From Candidatus Aminicenantes bacterium (GTDB lineage Bacteria; Acidobacteriota; Aminicenantia; S016-38), in assembly GCA_027068075.1 (NCBI GenBank), contig JAMOUJ010000003.1, positions 110,506-174,505 of the forward strand: a stretch of 64,000 nt of DNA, in the 5' to 3' direction. This document shows, piece by piece, positions 37,755 through 48,172 of the stretch (positions are counted from its first letter, which is position 1; every line of letters begins with the position of its first letter). The notes under the pieces are model-generated. The model searched no databases, had not been told where the DNA came from, and was given only the letters and a program-made list of their open reading frames with translations. Made by a program: the position numbers and the translations under genes.

Positions 37755-40700
37755 TCAGTTCTTCCCCAGTTCTTTCATTATTTCCTTCACCGCCACTTCC
37801 AGTTGTCGGTCCTCTCCCCGACTTTCTTCCCCCAGGCGATAGGGCACGGGGATGTGGGGCGGACACCCGTTTCCCTCCATGTTGGTCATGCTTCCGTCGT
37901 TTACATACCACCCCCGGAAGGGAACCCTCACATAGGAACCGTCTATGAGAACCCGGGCACCGGTGGATATGACGGAGCCGTTGGTCCTCTCCCCCACTAT
38001 TTTCCCCCGGCGGAGGGTTCTGATGGCCCAGGAGAAGATTTCCGCATTGGAATAGGAACGGGAATTGGCCAGAACTATTATGGGGCTGGTCCAGGCGTAG
38101 AAGATCCTCCTGCCCTGGGGATAACCGGGTCCTCCGTCCCTGGGCACCGTTACGGCGTGGTTCCTCACCATCAGGGAGGCCAGAAGGTAATCGGTGGTCC
38201 ATCCCCCGGGGTTGTTTCTCACATCTATCACCAGACCTTCCTTTCCGTGGGCGGCGGCGTAGAGTTCCTCAATAAACCGGTGGAAACTGGTGAGACCCAT
38301 GGCCTGAATGTGTATGTAGCCAAGACGCCCGTGGGAGAGTTTCTCCACCTTCCTGCGCCGGTCCTGGACCCACGCCCTGTATATCAACTCCCTCTGCTGG
38401 ACTTCTGGTATGGTCTTAATTCTAAGGCCCATTACCCTGGACCCTCTCTTTATTTTGAGCAGCACCTCCTCCCTGTCCAGGAGAAGTTCGTAGATGTTCT
38501 CCCCGGCGGTGGGCCTTCCGTCCACCTCCAGGATAACATCCCCCTCCATGAGCAGGGACTGGGGATAAGAACCCGGGGAATCAGGAAGAACCCTTTTGAC
38601 CAGGATTCCCTCCCTCACGGGAACGAGAACGGCGCCCAACTCCCTACCCCTTTCCACGGAGTTTTTTCTGGGGGGCCTGCAATTGGTGTGGGAAGCCTTT
38701 AAATGCCCCTGCATTATGTTGAAGAGGTAGCAAAATTCCTCCGGGGTGGAGACCTCCTGGAAAAGGGGCCGAAATTTCTCGTATAAGCCCTTCCAGTCGG
38801 CACCGTGCATGTTGGGATCGTAGAAATAATCCCTGAGGGTCCTCCAGGCTTCGGAAAGTTTCTGCAGGTTCTCCGCCCTCACATCCACCTCCACCATGGC
38901 CGAAAACCCCACGGTTTTCAGTTTTTTCTTTCCCACATCAAAATAGGAAGGCTTCCCACGGTTTATGAAGAAGAGTTTCTTTCTCTTTCCGTCCCACACG
39001 GGTTTTCCTGAGAGTTCCTGGCCCCGGGTAAGCCTCTTTACATCACCCTTTATCCTATGGTAGGAGAAAAGGTCCCAGCCCTCCCGGGTCTGGGAGACGA
39101 AATAAACGGTTTTGCCGTCGGCGGAGATGGCCACCCCCGTCTCCCGGGAGGGAAACTCCGTTATCCTCCGCAGGCGGGTCCTTATACCCTCAAAATCTAT
39201 TTGAACCTTCACAGGACCCTTCTTCTCCTTTTTTGTGGAGTAGAACTCTTCCCAGTCCCGGGCGGTCCTGTAATCCGCCTCCCTGGTCAGGTAGAAAAAC
39301 CAGGGGTCGGCGTTTCTCATTATCCGGTGGGATATGAAGGCGAAGAAGAGTCCGTCCGGGGACCACACCCCGCCGTAGTCCTCGTAGGGATGCATGGATA
39401 TGTTTACGGGCTTTGCTTCGGAGGAATTGAGGTCCACGAAGTAAATCTCCCGGTTGAAGTCGTTGTCGTCCCTGGAAAAGGAAAGGTAGCGGCCGTCGGG
39501 GGAAAAGGCCAGGTCGTAGGCGTTCCAGTAAGGGGAAACCAGTTTCTGATTCCTGCCGTCGGCGTCGGATATCCAGATGTCCCCCTTTCCCTTTATAAAG
39601 GCCAGTTTGCTCCCGTCCGGAGAAAGGACCGGAGACCACTCCTCCTGGGGTCCGTCCACGGCTCTTTCGGTCCTGACATCAAGGCTTCTGGTAAAGGTCT
39701 TCCCATCGCCAGTCCATACATAGTAAATTCCCCGGCTTCCGCTTCTGTCGGAGACGAAGTAAATACGCTTTCCGTCCGGGGACCAGACCGGGGAATACTC
39801 CCGCCAGGGGGTTCGGCTCAGGTTTACCGCCCTTCCTCCCTCGGCAGGAACCACGAAGAGTTCCCCGTGGAGGATAAAGGCCACCTCCTTACCGTCGGGG
39901 GAAGGGTAAATCTCCTCCACTCCCCTGGAAACCACTTCCTTCCTGTAGGTGCCCGAAGGAAGGTCTCCGGAGGCTTCAAACTCTATTTTCCGGGGCTCCT
40001 CCCCTTCCTTCATCCTGTAAAGCCATCCCCTGTGTTCAAAAACCACCGTGCCGGCTCTAACATCAGGATGAAGAACTTCCTCCTTCAGGTGGGTAATCTG
40101 GACCAGAGTTCCCCGGGAGAGGTCCTTCTTCCAAAGGTTGAAAACCCCATCCCTGTCCGAGACGAAGTACACCCACCGCCCGTCCTGGGACCACCGGGGC
40201 CATTTATCGTTTCCCTCATAGGAGGTGAGCCTTACGAACTCCCCGCTTCCGACATCGTAAAGGTAAACATCCAGGTTGGCGGAGCCGTGATATCCCTTTT
40301 TCCACTCCTCGCTGGAGCCGTAGTTAAAGGCTATAAAGCGTCCGTCCGGGGACCAAACTCCAAAGGTGGAGAGTTCCGGCACCACCTGCCGGGGGGTTCC
40401 CCCTTCCAAGGAGACCTCGTATAAATTGTAATTGGCGTAGTGATAAGAAAAATCCCTGTTGGAATAGAAAAGAACCCGACGGCTATCCGGAGACCAACCG
40501 CTCACATAATCCCTGCTGTGGCGGTAGGTCAGCCTCACCGGAAGACCGCCCCGGGAAGGGATGACGAAAACATCGTAGGAGCCGAACCTGTTGGAGGAAA
40601 AGGCTATCCACCGCCCGTCCGGGGACCACCGGGGATATATTTCATCGGCGGGGGATGCGGTGAGCCTGATGGCCTCCCCCCCGGCGGTGGGAACCTTCCA

Positions 40701-40817
40701 TATATCCCCCTGATAAGAAAAGGCCACCCACTTCCCATCGGGGCTCAGGGAGGGGTGTCTGGGTATTCCCAGGGAAAAGGCAGAAAGGATTAAAACGAAG
40801 AAAAACAGCCGTCTCAT
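37755..40817 (-). CDS. Tricorn-like S41 protease with PD40 beta-propellers and PDZ
   Basis: Many WSPDG repeats, ASH, IDVRNNPGG and SYSNAE. Confidence 0.92.
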   Translation of the reverse strand: MRRLFFFVLILSAFSLGIPRHPSLSPDGKWVAFSYQGDIWKVPTAGGEAIRLTASPADEIYPRWSPDGRWIAFSSNRFGSYDVFVIPSRGGLPVRLTYRHSRDYVSGWSPDSRRVLFYSNRDFSYHYANYNLYEVSLEGGTPRQVVPELSTFGVWSPDGRFIAFNYGSSEEWKKGYHGSANLDVYLYDVGSGEFVRLTSYEGNDKWPRWSQDGRWVYFVSDRDGVFNLWKKDLSRGTLVQITHLKEEVLHPDVRAGTVVFEHRGWLYRMKEGEEPRKIEFEASGDLPSGTYRKEVVSRGVEEIYPSPDGKEVAFILHGELFVVPAEGGRAVNLSRTPWREYSPVWSPDGKRIYFVSDRSGSRGIYYVWTGDGKTFTRSLDVRTERAVDGPQEEWSPVLSPDGSKLAFIKGKGDIWISDADGRNQKLVSPYWNAYDLAFSPDGRYLSFSRDDNDFNREIYFVDLNSSEAKPVNISMHPYEDYGGVWSPDGLFFAFISHRIMRNADPWFFYLTREADYRTARDWEEFYSTKKEKKGPVKVQIDFEGIRTRLRRITEFPSRETGVAISADGKTVYFVSQTREGWDLFSYHRIKGDVKRLTRGQELSGKPVWDGKRKKLFFINRGKPSYFDVGKKKLKTVGFSAMVEVDVRAENLQKLSEAWRTLRDYFYDPNMHGADWKGLYEKFRPLFQEVSTPEEFCYLFNIMQGHLKASHTNCRPPRKNSVERGRELGAVLVPVREGILVKRVLPDSPGSYPQSLLMEGDVILEVDGRPTAGENIYELLLDREEVLLKIKRGSRVMGLRIKTIPEVQQRELIYRAWVQDRRRKVEKLSHGRLGYIHIQAMGLTSFHRFIEELYAAAHGKEGLVIDVRNNPGGWTTDYLLASLMVRNHAVTVPRDGGPGYPQGRRIFYAWTSPIIVLANSRSYSNAEIFSWAIRTLRRGKIVGERTNGSVISTGARVLIDGSYVRVPFRGWYVNDGSMTNMEGNGCPPHIPVPYRLGEESRGEDRQLEVAVKEIMKELGKN

Positions 40818-41410
40818 TATTGCTCCTCCTTCAATTTATCTAAAAGGAATCTCCTTAGACCTTCAAGCATCCTTCCCCTGTGGCTCACGGCGTTCTTTTC
40901 TTCCGGGGTTAGTTCGGCGAAGGTTCTACCCAGGGGTGGATAGAAGAAAACCGGATCGTAACCGAAGCCGCCCTCCCCCCTCATCTCCTGGGTTATAATC
41001 CCATCCACCCGGCCCTCCCCCTCCCAGAGAACCTCCCCATCCCGGATCAAAACCCCGTAACTTACGAAATAAGCCCTCCTCTCTTCCCCCCGGGCATCCT
41101 TCATGGCCTCCAGGAGTTTTTCTATGTTGGATAGGTCCGTTCCTCCGGTGGAAAAGCGGTGGGATTTTATCCCCGGAGCGCCTCCCAGGTAGGGAACCAC
41201 CAGGCCGGAATCCTCCCCCAGGACCAGTTTTCCGGGCATCCGGAGGGAAAGGCTGCGGGCCTTTAAGAGGGCGTTTTCCCTGAAATTCCTGCCTTCCTCT
41301 TTCACCGGTTGGTAGTGGGATGGAACCTCCACCGAAGCCACCCCTTCCAGGAAGCGGCTCATTTCCACGGCCTTGTGGGGATTGGAGGAGGCCAGGTAAA
41401 TCTTAAACAT
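40817..41410 (-). CDS. rdgB: Non-canonical purine NTP pyrophosphatase (Ham1)
   Basis: SSNPHK, EDSGL, GFGYDPVF and SHR motifs. Confidence 0.94.
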   Translation of the reverse strand: MFKIYLASSNPHKAVEMSRFLEGVASVEVPSHYQPVKEEGRNFRENALLKARSLSLRMPGKLVLGEDSGLVVPYLGGAPGIKSHRFSTGGTDLSNIEKLLEAMKDARGEERRAYFVSYGVLIRDGEVLWEGEGRVDGIITQEMRGEGGFGYDPVFFYPPLGRTFAELTPEEKNAVSHRGRMLEGLRRFLLDKLKEEQ

Positions 41411-42041
41411 TCTCCACCCTCTCCACGGACCGGAGTTCAAAAATCCTTGAGATTAATTCACCCTCCCGGGTAGTCGGAATTTCCACCATCATCTCCACCC
41501 GAAAAGCCTTGCCCTCCCGAACAATACCCAGGTCAAGAACCTCTCCCCCGGCATCGTCCACCACCCGGCGAAGGATGGGGATTTCCTTCCGATCGTTTAT
41601 GTACACATTAAGGTTGGTCAGGGAGGTCTTCCTCACCATCCGGGCCTCCACCCCCCGGAGCACCGCCAGAACCACGAAGGCCAGAACCGTAAGCAAAACG
41701 GCCAGGTAATATTTTGAAAAACCCACGGCCATTCCCACGGCGGTGACGGCCCAGATGGTGGCGGCGGTGGTAACCCCGTGAACCGAAGCCCTGGTCCTTA
41801 TTATGACCCCTGCCCCGATAAAACCCACTCCGGCCACTATCTGAGCGGCTATGCGGGAGGGGTCAAAGCCCCGGGCAGGCAAGGAAAGGGAGAGCATTGC
41901 CATGGCGGTGGTTCCCATGGCCAGGAGAATGTTGGTTCTCAGCCCGGCGGGTTTTCGGCTGAGTTCCCTTTCAAGGCCTATTATTCCCCCCAGGGAACCC
42001 GAAAGAAGAAGTTTGGCCAGAATGGAAAGGACTTCCTTCAT
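41403..42041 (-). CDS. MgtC/SapB family membrane protein
   Basis: IGLERE, AGLRT, DPSRIAAQIV and TTAATIW motifs. Confidence 0.93.
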   Translation of the reverse strand: MKEVLSILAKLLLSGSLGGIIGLERELSRKPAGLRTNILLAMGTTAMAMLSLSLPARGFDPSRIAAQIVAGVGFIGAGVIIRTRASVHGVTTAATIWAVTAVGMAVGFSKYYLAVLLTVLAFVVLAVLRGVEARMVRKTSLTNLNVYINDRKEIPILRRVVDDAGGEVLDLGIVREGKAFRVEMMVEIPTTREGELISRIFELRSVERVENV

Positions 42042-42340
42042 TTTTTCTTTACCACCACCACGACCCTTTCTCCGGGCCTCTGGACTTCCAGTTCGTCCTT
42101 GGCGAAGGGCTCCAGGTCCCCGGGATGGGTGCTGAGCCACTCCACCTCCCGGCGTAGTTCCTCCGCCTCTCTCTCCAGTTTCCCTATGTTAATCTTCACT
42201 TTCCTAATCTCTCCCCGGGTTTTGAGGATCCTGGCCAGGTCCGCCAGGGTAACCCCCACTATAACCAGGGAGATGAGGACTATGACGAACACTAAGAAGA
42301 CCTGGGACTTATCTCGCTTTTTTAAGGGCCTTTCTCTCAT
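42038..42340 (-). CDS. Septum formation initiator (FtsB/DivIC family)
   Basis: TM helix, coiled coil, and AKDEL...RPGE. Confidence 0.8.
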   Translation of the reverse strand: MRERPLKKRDKSQVFLVFVIVLISLVIVGVTLADLARILKTRGEIRKVKINIGKLEREAEELRREVEWLSTHPGDLEPFAKDELEVQRPGERVVVVVKKK

Positions 42341-43845
42341 CTGGAAAGGTAATTTAACGCCATTTTCTCGGCGGTTTTTCGGGCCTGGAGGGCCCTCTGG
42401 AAAACCCTGTCCACCTGAAGCAGAACCCTGGTTCCCGCCTCGGGTCCCCAGAGCACCGTGGCCAGTTCGTACTTTAACTCAAAGATTATGTCCCTTCTGG
42501 CCTCCCTGAATTCCTTTTCGCTCCAGGTGAGGCCGTTTTTCCTGCAGTAGTTGAGAAAATCCTCCAGCATGCTCCGGGTTATTTTCAGGGTATAAGGGGT
42601 CTCTCCCTTGATTCTGGAAAGGTTCCTGGGGGAGGACGGTCTCTTCCCCTTGGCAAAAAGGCTGGCCCAGCGGAAGAAGAGACCCTTTCCCCTCATGCGG
42701 GCGGCCAGTTCCTTCAAAAGTTCGGGCTTTACCTTTAAATCCGGGATTATTCCCCCGGGCATCTTGTCGTAGTCCGGGGAATTGATCCCCCAGAAGTAGA
42801 GTATCCAGTTACCAAATGGTTTTTGTATGCAGCGGCCCGAGGGCGTGTAGTACTTGGCGGTGGTAAGGGCCATGGCCGAGTTGAAGGGAAGCCCCAGCAG
42901 AGTTTGAACCAATCCCTTTCCGAAGGTTTTGCTCCCCACGATAAGGGCCCTGCCGTTGTCCTGAAGGGCACCGGCCAAAATTTCCGAGGCGGAGGCAGAA
43001 TAACGGTTGACCAGCACAGCCATGGGCAGATCCTCAAACTGGCCGTCCCTCTCCGCCCGGAAGGTCCTGAGTTTCGTCTGTCCCCGGCCCCTTATGGAAA
43101 CTATCACATGGGGTTTCTTCAGAAACAGGTCCGATATCTCCACCGCCGCCCTCAGGGCTCCTCCTCCGTTGCCCCTCAGGTCAAGGATGAGGTATTTCAT
43201 CCCCTGAGATTTGAATTTTTTCAGGGCCTTTACCAATTCTTCGGGGGATTTTATCCCGAAGGATGTAAGGGTTATGTAGCCCACATCCCCGGAGAATATG
43301 AAGGAGGCCCTCACGGTATTGAGGGGTATCTCCGCCCTCTTTATGGTGAACTCTATGGGTTTACTGTACCCCTCCCTCTCCACCAGGATTTTAACGGTGG
43401 TCCCCTTGGGACCCCGCAAAACCTTTACCGCCTCCTGGGGAGTGTAACCAATGAGGGATTTACCGTCGGCCTCTATGATGGCATCCCCCACCAGGAGCCC
43501 CGCCTTCTCCGCCGGGGTTCCCCGCAGAACCTGAACCACGGTTATCTTCCCGTTGATGGAGGTTATGCTTATGCCCAGGCCGTAAAACTTCCCCCCCTGG
43601 TCCTCCCTCAAGGTCCTCAGGGTGAGGGGATCCAGGAAACGGGAGTGGGGGTCCAGGCCCCTGGTCATCCCCTCCACGGCGGCGAAGAGCAGTTCTTTTT
43701 TCTTGGGTTTTTCGTAGGAGAAGGTCTTTATGTAAGCGTAGGCCTTGAGAAGCCGGCTCAACTGAGCCTTAAAAACATCCTCCCCCAGAAGGATTCCCCC
43801 CACCAGAAGGCTGAGGATGAGGGTAAAAATTGCTGCCTTTCTCAA
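42337..43845 (-). CDS. Carboxyl-terminal processing protease (S41A)
   Basis: LDPHS, PDZ domain, DLRGNGGG, SASASE and TFGKG motifs. Confidence 0.94.
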   Translation of the reverse strand: MRKAAIFTLILSLLVGGILLGEDVFKAQLSRLLKAYAYIKTFSYEKPKKKELLFAAVEGMTRGLDPHSRFLDPLTLRTLREDQGGKFYGLGISITSINGKITVVQVLRGTPAEKAGLLVGDAIIEADGKSLIGYTPQEAVKVLRGPKGTTVKILVEREGYSKPIEFTIKRAEIPLNTVRASFIFSGDVGYITLTSFGIKSPEELVKALKKFKSQGMKYLILDLRGNGGGALRAAVEISDLFLKKPHVIVSIRGRGQTKLRTFRAERDGQFEDLPMAVLVNRYSASASEILAGALQDNGRALIVGSKTFGKGLVQTLLGLPFNSAMALTTAKYYTPSGRCIQKPFGNWILYFWGINSPDYDKMPGGIIPDLKVKPELLKELAARMRGKGLFFRWASLFAKGKRPSSPRNLSRIKGETPYTLKITRSMLEDFLNYCRKNGLTWSEKEFREARRDIIFELKYELATVLWGPEAGTRVLLQVDRVFQRALQARKTAEKMALNYLSR

Positions 43846-44363
43846 ACTTCTTCCCCAAGGAATTTTATGATTTCCCTCATGTAAAAGGGAAGGTCCGCGG
43901 GACTGCGGGAGGTAATAAGATTTCCGTCCCTGACCACTTCCCGGTCAACGAAATTCGCTCCGGCGTTTATCAGGTCGTCCTTTATGGCAAAGAACCCGGT
44001 CATGGTTTTGCCCTTTACCAGCCCGGCGGATATGAGGACCCATCCTCCGTGGCAAATGGTGGCCACCAGTTTTCCCTGGGCGTAAATGTTCCTTACGAAG
44101 TTGAGAACGGCGGGATAACGGCGGAGCCTGTCGGGACAATAGCCTCCAGGGATGAGAACCCCGTGAAAATCCTTAGCATCAACCTCCTCTATGGCCAGGT
44201 CTGCCCGGGCAGGAAAACCCTTTTTCCCTTTGTAAACCTTTCTTTCCGGGGCCACCGCCAGGACTTCTACCCCCTCCTCTTCCAGTCTGAGTTTGGGATA
44301 CCAGAATTCAAATTCGTCGTAGAGTTCCTCCAGCAAAAGGGCTACTCTCTTTCCCTGGAGCAT
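43842..44363 (-). CDS. PfpI/DJ-1 family protein
   Basis: IPGG, ICHG and DGNLITSR motifs. Confidence 0.93.
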   Translation of the reverse strand: MLQGKRVALLLEELYDEFEFWYPKLRLEEEGVEVLAVAPERKVYKGKKGFPARADLAIEEVDAKDFHGVLIPGGYCPDRLRRYPAVLNFVRNIYAQGKLVATICHGGWVLISAGLVKGKTMTGFFAIKDDLINAGANFVDREVVRDGNLITSRSPADLPFYMREIIKFLGEEV

Positions 44364-44410
44364 TTTCACCTCCTGGCAGAATTATATTATAATTTCACCC
44401 GGAGGTAAAA

Positions 44411-44935
44411 ATGAAGATATCCGGAAGGATATGGGTTCTCACCGACAGCCAGGGGAAGGTCATCCACGACATTGACACAGACCAGATTTACCACAACAAG
44501 CACCTGGCCATCACCGACCCCAAAGAAATGGGGAAGTACGCCCTGGGAAACCTTGAGGGCTGGGAAGACTTCCCCCAAAAGGCCCAGCCCGGGGACATAA
44601 TTTTCGCCGGAAAGAACTTCGGAGCGGGATCCTCCCGTCAGCACGCGGTGGACTGCTTTAAGGCCCTGGGGATTGGGGCCATCGTGGCGGAGTCCTTCGG
44701 AGCCATTTACAAAAGAAACGCCATAAATTCTGCCCTGGCCATAGTGGAGTTTCCCGGCCTTTCAAAACTCGTAGAGGAGGGGGAATTCGCCTCCGGTCAC
44801 CGGGTGGAGATAGACCTCGCCACCGGGAAAATAAAAAACCTCACCACCGGCAAAGAATTTCGGGCAAAACCCGCATCCCGGGTTCAGATGGAAATCCTTA
44901 AGGCCGGGGGATTGTTCGCCTACGGCAAGGGATGA
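44411..44935 (+). CDS. Aconitase swivel-domain protein (LeuD/HacB/DmdB small subunit)
   Basis: IDTDQI, NFGAGSSRQHA, AESFGAIY.RN and AGGL motifs. Confidence 0.88.
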   Translation: MKISGRIWVLTDSQGKVIHDIDTDQIYHNKHLAITDPKEMGKYALGNLEGWEDFPQKAQPGDIIFAGKNFGAGSSRQHAVDCFKALGIGAIVAESFGAIYKRNAINSALAIVEFPGLSKLVEEGEFASGHRVEIDLATGKIKNLTTGKEFRAKPASRVQMEILKAGGLFAYGKG

Positions 44936-45390
44936 GGGCGGTAATTCAAAGGGTGCTTCAGGCCCAGGTGAAGGTGGAGGGAAGGGTCCGGGGCAAAATC
45001 GGCAGGGGGTTGGTGGTCTTAGCCGCAGTAGAAAGGGGCGACGGCCCCCGGGAAATGGAATTCCTGGTAAAAAAGGTGGCGGAGTTAAGGATATTTGAAG
45101 ACCAGGAGGGGAAAATGAACCTTTCCCTGCTGGACATAGGAGGGGAAGTGCTCCTGGTCTCCCAGTTTACCCTGGCCGCCAGGATAAAAAAGGGAAGGCG
45201 ACCTTCCTTTTCCAGGGCAGAGGAACCGGAAAGGGCGAAGAAGATGCTGGAGGAGGCGGCGGAGGCCTGGAGAAAAATGGGATTAAAGGTGGAGGAGGGA
45301 GTCTTCGGGGCGAAAATGGAGGTGAGCCTCGTAAATTACGGCCCCGTCACCATCATCCTTGATAGACAGTACGGAGGGGAAAATGATTGA
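44932..45390 (+). CDS. dtd: D-aminoacyl-tRNA deacylase
   Basis: MRAVIQRV, SQFTL and NYGPVT motifs. Confidence 0.96.
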   Translation: MRAVIQRVLQAQVKVEGRVRGKIGRGLVVLAAVERGDGPREMEFLVKKVAELRIFEDQEGKMNLSLLDIGGEVLLVSQFTLAARIKKGRRPSFSRAEEPERAKKMLEEAAEAWRKMGLKVEEGVFGAKMEVSLVNYGPVTIILDRQYGGEND

Positions 45391-45589
45391 CAAGGAACTC
45401 CTGGAGGTTCTGGCCTGTCCGGTTTGCAAGGAGCCCGTGGAGCCCACCCCGGACGGAAAGGGCCTCAAATGCGTAAAGTGCGGAAGGATATACCCCATAA
45501 GGGAAGGAATCCCCATTATGTTGGAAGAGGAAGCCTATTTTGAAGGAGAGGAAAAAACTTCTTCTTCTGAGGCCGAGGAAACTGGGTGA
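45383..45589 (+). CDS. Trm112/YcaR family protein
   Basis: LLEVLACPVCK and YPIREGIPIML motifs. Confidence 0.92.
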   Translation: MIDKELLEVLACPVCKEPVEPTPDGKGLKCVKCGRIYPIREGIPIMLEEEAYFEGEEKTSSSEAEETG

Positions 45590-46484
45590 TACAGTCCTGG
45601 CCACCCTGGTGGCCGACGCCCTGAAGTTGACCCACCCCCACTGGGAAATCCACTATCTCGTGGAGAAGAGGTACGCCGAACTCTTTTACGACCATCCATC
45701 GGTGGACCGGGTTGTGAAAATGCCCCCGGCGATGAACCCCTGGGAAACATACCGCTTCGCCACATGGCTCCGAAAGGAGGATTTTGATCTGGCCCTGGAC
45801 CTCTATTCCGGTCTGAGAACGGCCTTCATTTCCCGCTGGTGCTGCCCCAAAAGTTACGGTCTCCGAACCTCCTGGGCCTTCTTTTACACAGAGACCGTGC
45901 CCCGGAGAATCTCCCCCCGTTCCCATCACATAGAAAATCAATTCCAACTTCTGCGTCTTCTGGGCATAGACGCAAGGCCCGGGGATTACAGGTTTCCTCC
46001 TCCTCAACCCTCCCCCATTAATGGGGAATACGCCGTTCTCCACCCCTTTGCCTCCCCCCTGAAATCCATGTCCACGGCCCAGGCCCGGGAACTGGCCCGG
46101 GGGCTGGAAAGCCGGGGACTTAGGCCGGTTTTCATCGGGGGCAAGGGTGAAGAAGGAAAAATAGAAGAAATAGGGGAAGGCTTAAACATGGCGGGGCTGG
46201 GCCTGAGACAGACCAGGGCCCTCATCGCCGGCGCCCGGATTTTTATAGGGATTGACTCCGGACCCGCCCACCTGGCCTCCACCACCGAAACCCCCACGGT
46301 GGTGATTTTCGGACCGCATTCCTCCGAGAACTACCGGCCCTGGAGGAGATTCGGGATAAAGGTCTTGGAAAGGAACCTCCCCTGCCGTCCCTGTTTTGAG
46401 AAAAAATGCCCTTACCCCTATCCCCGCTGCGTCCAGGACATAGCCCCCGGGGAAATACTGGAAGAAGCCTTAGCCCTACTTTAA
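45540..46484 (+). CDS. GT9 LPS heptosyltransferase family protein
   Basis: LGD, DSGPAHLA, IFGP and CRPC motifs. Confidence 0.9.
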   Translation: MKERKKLLLLRPRKLGDTVLATLVADALKLTHPHWEIHYLVEKRYAELFYDHPSVDRVVKMPPAMNPWETYRFATWLRKEDFDLALDLYSGLRTAFISRWCCPKSYGLRTSWAFFYTETVPRRISPRSHHIENQFQLLRLLGIDARPGDYRFPPPQPSPINGEYAVLHPFASPLKSMSTAQARELARGLESRGLRPVFIGGKGEEGKIEEIGEGLNMAGLGLRQTRALIAGARIFIGIDSGPAHLASTTETPTVVIFGPHSSENYRPWRRFGIKVLERNLPCRPCFEKKCPYPYPRCVQDIAPGEILEEALALL

Positions 46485-47446
46485 TAACCCCTGGATTTAT
46501 CTACCACATTCAAAAGGGGTCTTCCTTCCAGAAAACGCCGGAGGTTTTCCTTGAGAAGTTCCCCCTCCCTCTTCCAGAAAAGGGGAGAAGTCCCGGCGAT
46601 GTGGGGTGTTATTATGAGGTTAGGAATACCCCAGAGGGGACTATCCTCCGGAAGGGGCTCCCTTTCAAAGACATCTAAGGCCGCCCCCTGGAGGGTTCCG
46701 TCGGAAAGCGCCCTTATCAGGTCCTCCTCCACCACCACCTTCCCCCTTCCCACATTCACCAGAAATCCGCCCAGCAACCCCATTCTTGGGTAATCCAAGG
46801 AGCCTTCGGTAAGGGGAGTCCTGGGAACCGAGGCCACCACAAGGTCCACCTGTCGGAGAAATTCCTCCATCCGGGGAAAGGGAAGACATCCATCCCGGCC
46901 CGAAGAGTTAAGGCAAAGAACCTTAAAGCCCAGGGAGGAGAGTTTCGCCGCCACCCTCCTACCTATTTCTCCGTAGCCGAAGACCCCGGCCACCAATTCC
47001 CCGGGCTCCCGGGGCACGAAATTCCGGGTAAAAAATCCGTGGTCGTATGTCCTCCTCCGTTTTTTCTCAAAGGCCCAGGGTAAACCTCTAATAAGGGCCA
47101 GGGCCAGGGCCACGGCGTGGGTGGCCACCGCTTCGGCGTTGACCCCCCTGGAATTGGTTATGATGACGGAACTTGCCACCATCGCCGGAAAGAGCATATT
47201 TCCCACACCCACATAGGGGGAATGAACCCAGCGGAGCCTCCGGGCCCTGGTGAAGGCCTCGGGGGAAAGTCGCCCGCTTACGAGAATTTCCACCGGAGGA
47301 ATCAACTCCGAAAGGGGCCTATCCCCGTAGTTCACCGTAACCCTCAGGGAAGGAAACTCCCCCCTTATCTCCTCCACCAGCCACATGGGAAACCTCCAGA
47401 AGGGTTCCCTTTCCGGGGAATAAATTAGCATTTCCACGGCTTTCAT
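46481..47446 (-). CDS. D-2-hydroxyacid dehydrogenase
   Basis: GYGEIG, NVGRG, LDVFEREPL and TPH motifs. Start uncertain (47446 or 47461). Confidence 0.9.
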   Translation of the reverse strand: MKAVEMLIYSPEREPFWRFPMWLVEEIRGEFPSLRVTVNYGDRPLSELIPPVEILVSGRLSPEAFTRARRLRWVHSPYVGVGNMLFPAMVASSVIITNSRGVNAEAVATHAVALALALIRGLPWAFEKKRRRTYDHGFFTRNFVPREPGELVAGVFGYGEIGRRVAAKLSSLGFKVLCLNSSGRDGCLPFPRMEEFLRQVDLVVASVPRTPLTEGSLDYPRMGLLGGFLVNVGRGKVVVEEDLIRALSDGTLQGAALDVFEREPLPEDSPLWGIPNLIITPHIAGTSPLFWKREGELLKENLRRFLEGRPLLNVVDKSRGY

Positions 47447-47503
47447 CCTTCTTGTAATCAAACCACTAAAATGTTAACCTAAAAAGAAAAAAGGAGGGAT
47501 AAA

Positions 47504-47710
47504 ATGTCCGTAGCCAAAATTATTGAGGTCAAAGCAACTTCCAAGAAGAGTTTTGAAGACGCCATTATGCAGGGAATTAAAAGAACCGCTAAAACGGTGG
47601 ATAACATCCGTTCCGCCTGGGTCAAGGAACAGGAAGTAAAGATCAACGAAAAGGGCGACATTGAAGAATACAGGGTTCTTCTGAAGATAACCTTCGTAGT
47701 CCACGACTGA
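47504..47710 (+). CDS. Dodecin family protein
   Basis: SVAKIIE, SFEDAI and EYRV.LKITF motifs. Confidence 0.92.
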   Translation: MSVAKIIEVKATSKKSFEDAIMQGIKRTAKTVDNIRSAWVKEQEVKINEKGDIEEYRVLLKITFVVHD

Positions 47711-47713
47711 GCC

Positions 47714-48130
47714 CTATTCTCCCATAAAGTGAAAAACGACCCTGCGGGAGCGGGGTCTGTTGTCAAAATCCACCAGGACCACTTGTTGCCATGTGCCGAG
47801 GACGGGTTTTCCGTCCTTTACGGGAACGCTCAGGGAGGCCCCTATAAGGGAAGCCCTCAGGTGGGAAAAACCGTTTCCGTCCCCCCAGGTGCTGTCGTGG
47901 TGGTACCTCCTTATTGGAACGAGTTTGTCCATAAGTTCAGGAAAATCCTTTAAAAGGCCGGGTTCGTATTCTATGGTGGTTATCCCGGCGGTGGAGCCCG
48001 GGACGATGACCGTAAGAAGCCCGTTCCTGGCATCCACCTCCCGGAGGAAATCCCTTATTACGGGGGAGAGATCGTGAATGTCGGCGAATCCCCTGGTGGA
48101 TACGGTTATTTCAAGAAATTCGTTTTTCAT
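47714..48130 (-). CDS. YjbQ/UPF0047 family protein
   Basis: GSTA, NGFSHLRASL and LGTWQ motifs. Confidence 0.92.
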   Translation of the reverse strand: MKNEFLEITVSTRGFADIHDLSPVIRDFLREVDARNGLLTVIVPGSTAGITTIEYEPGLLKDFPELMDKLVPIRRYHHDSTWGDGNGFSHLRASLIGASLSVPVKDGKPVLGTWQQVVLVDFDNRPRSRRVVFHFMGE

Positions 48131-48172
48131 TTTCCACCTCCACGGGTAAAATTATAAATCAAGGAGGACGAA

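Noticed and set aside
39300-40760. Recurrent ccgtccggggacca-like nucleotide repeats as CRISPR or REP elements
   Set aside because: They encode the WSPDG motifs of the protease's PD40 repeats and are irregularly spaced.
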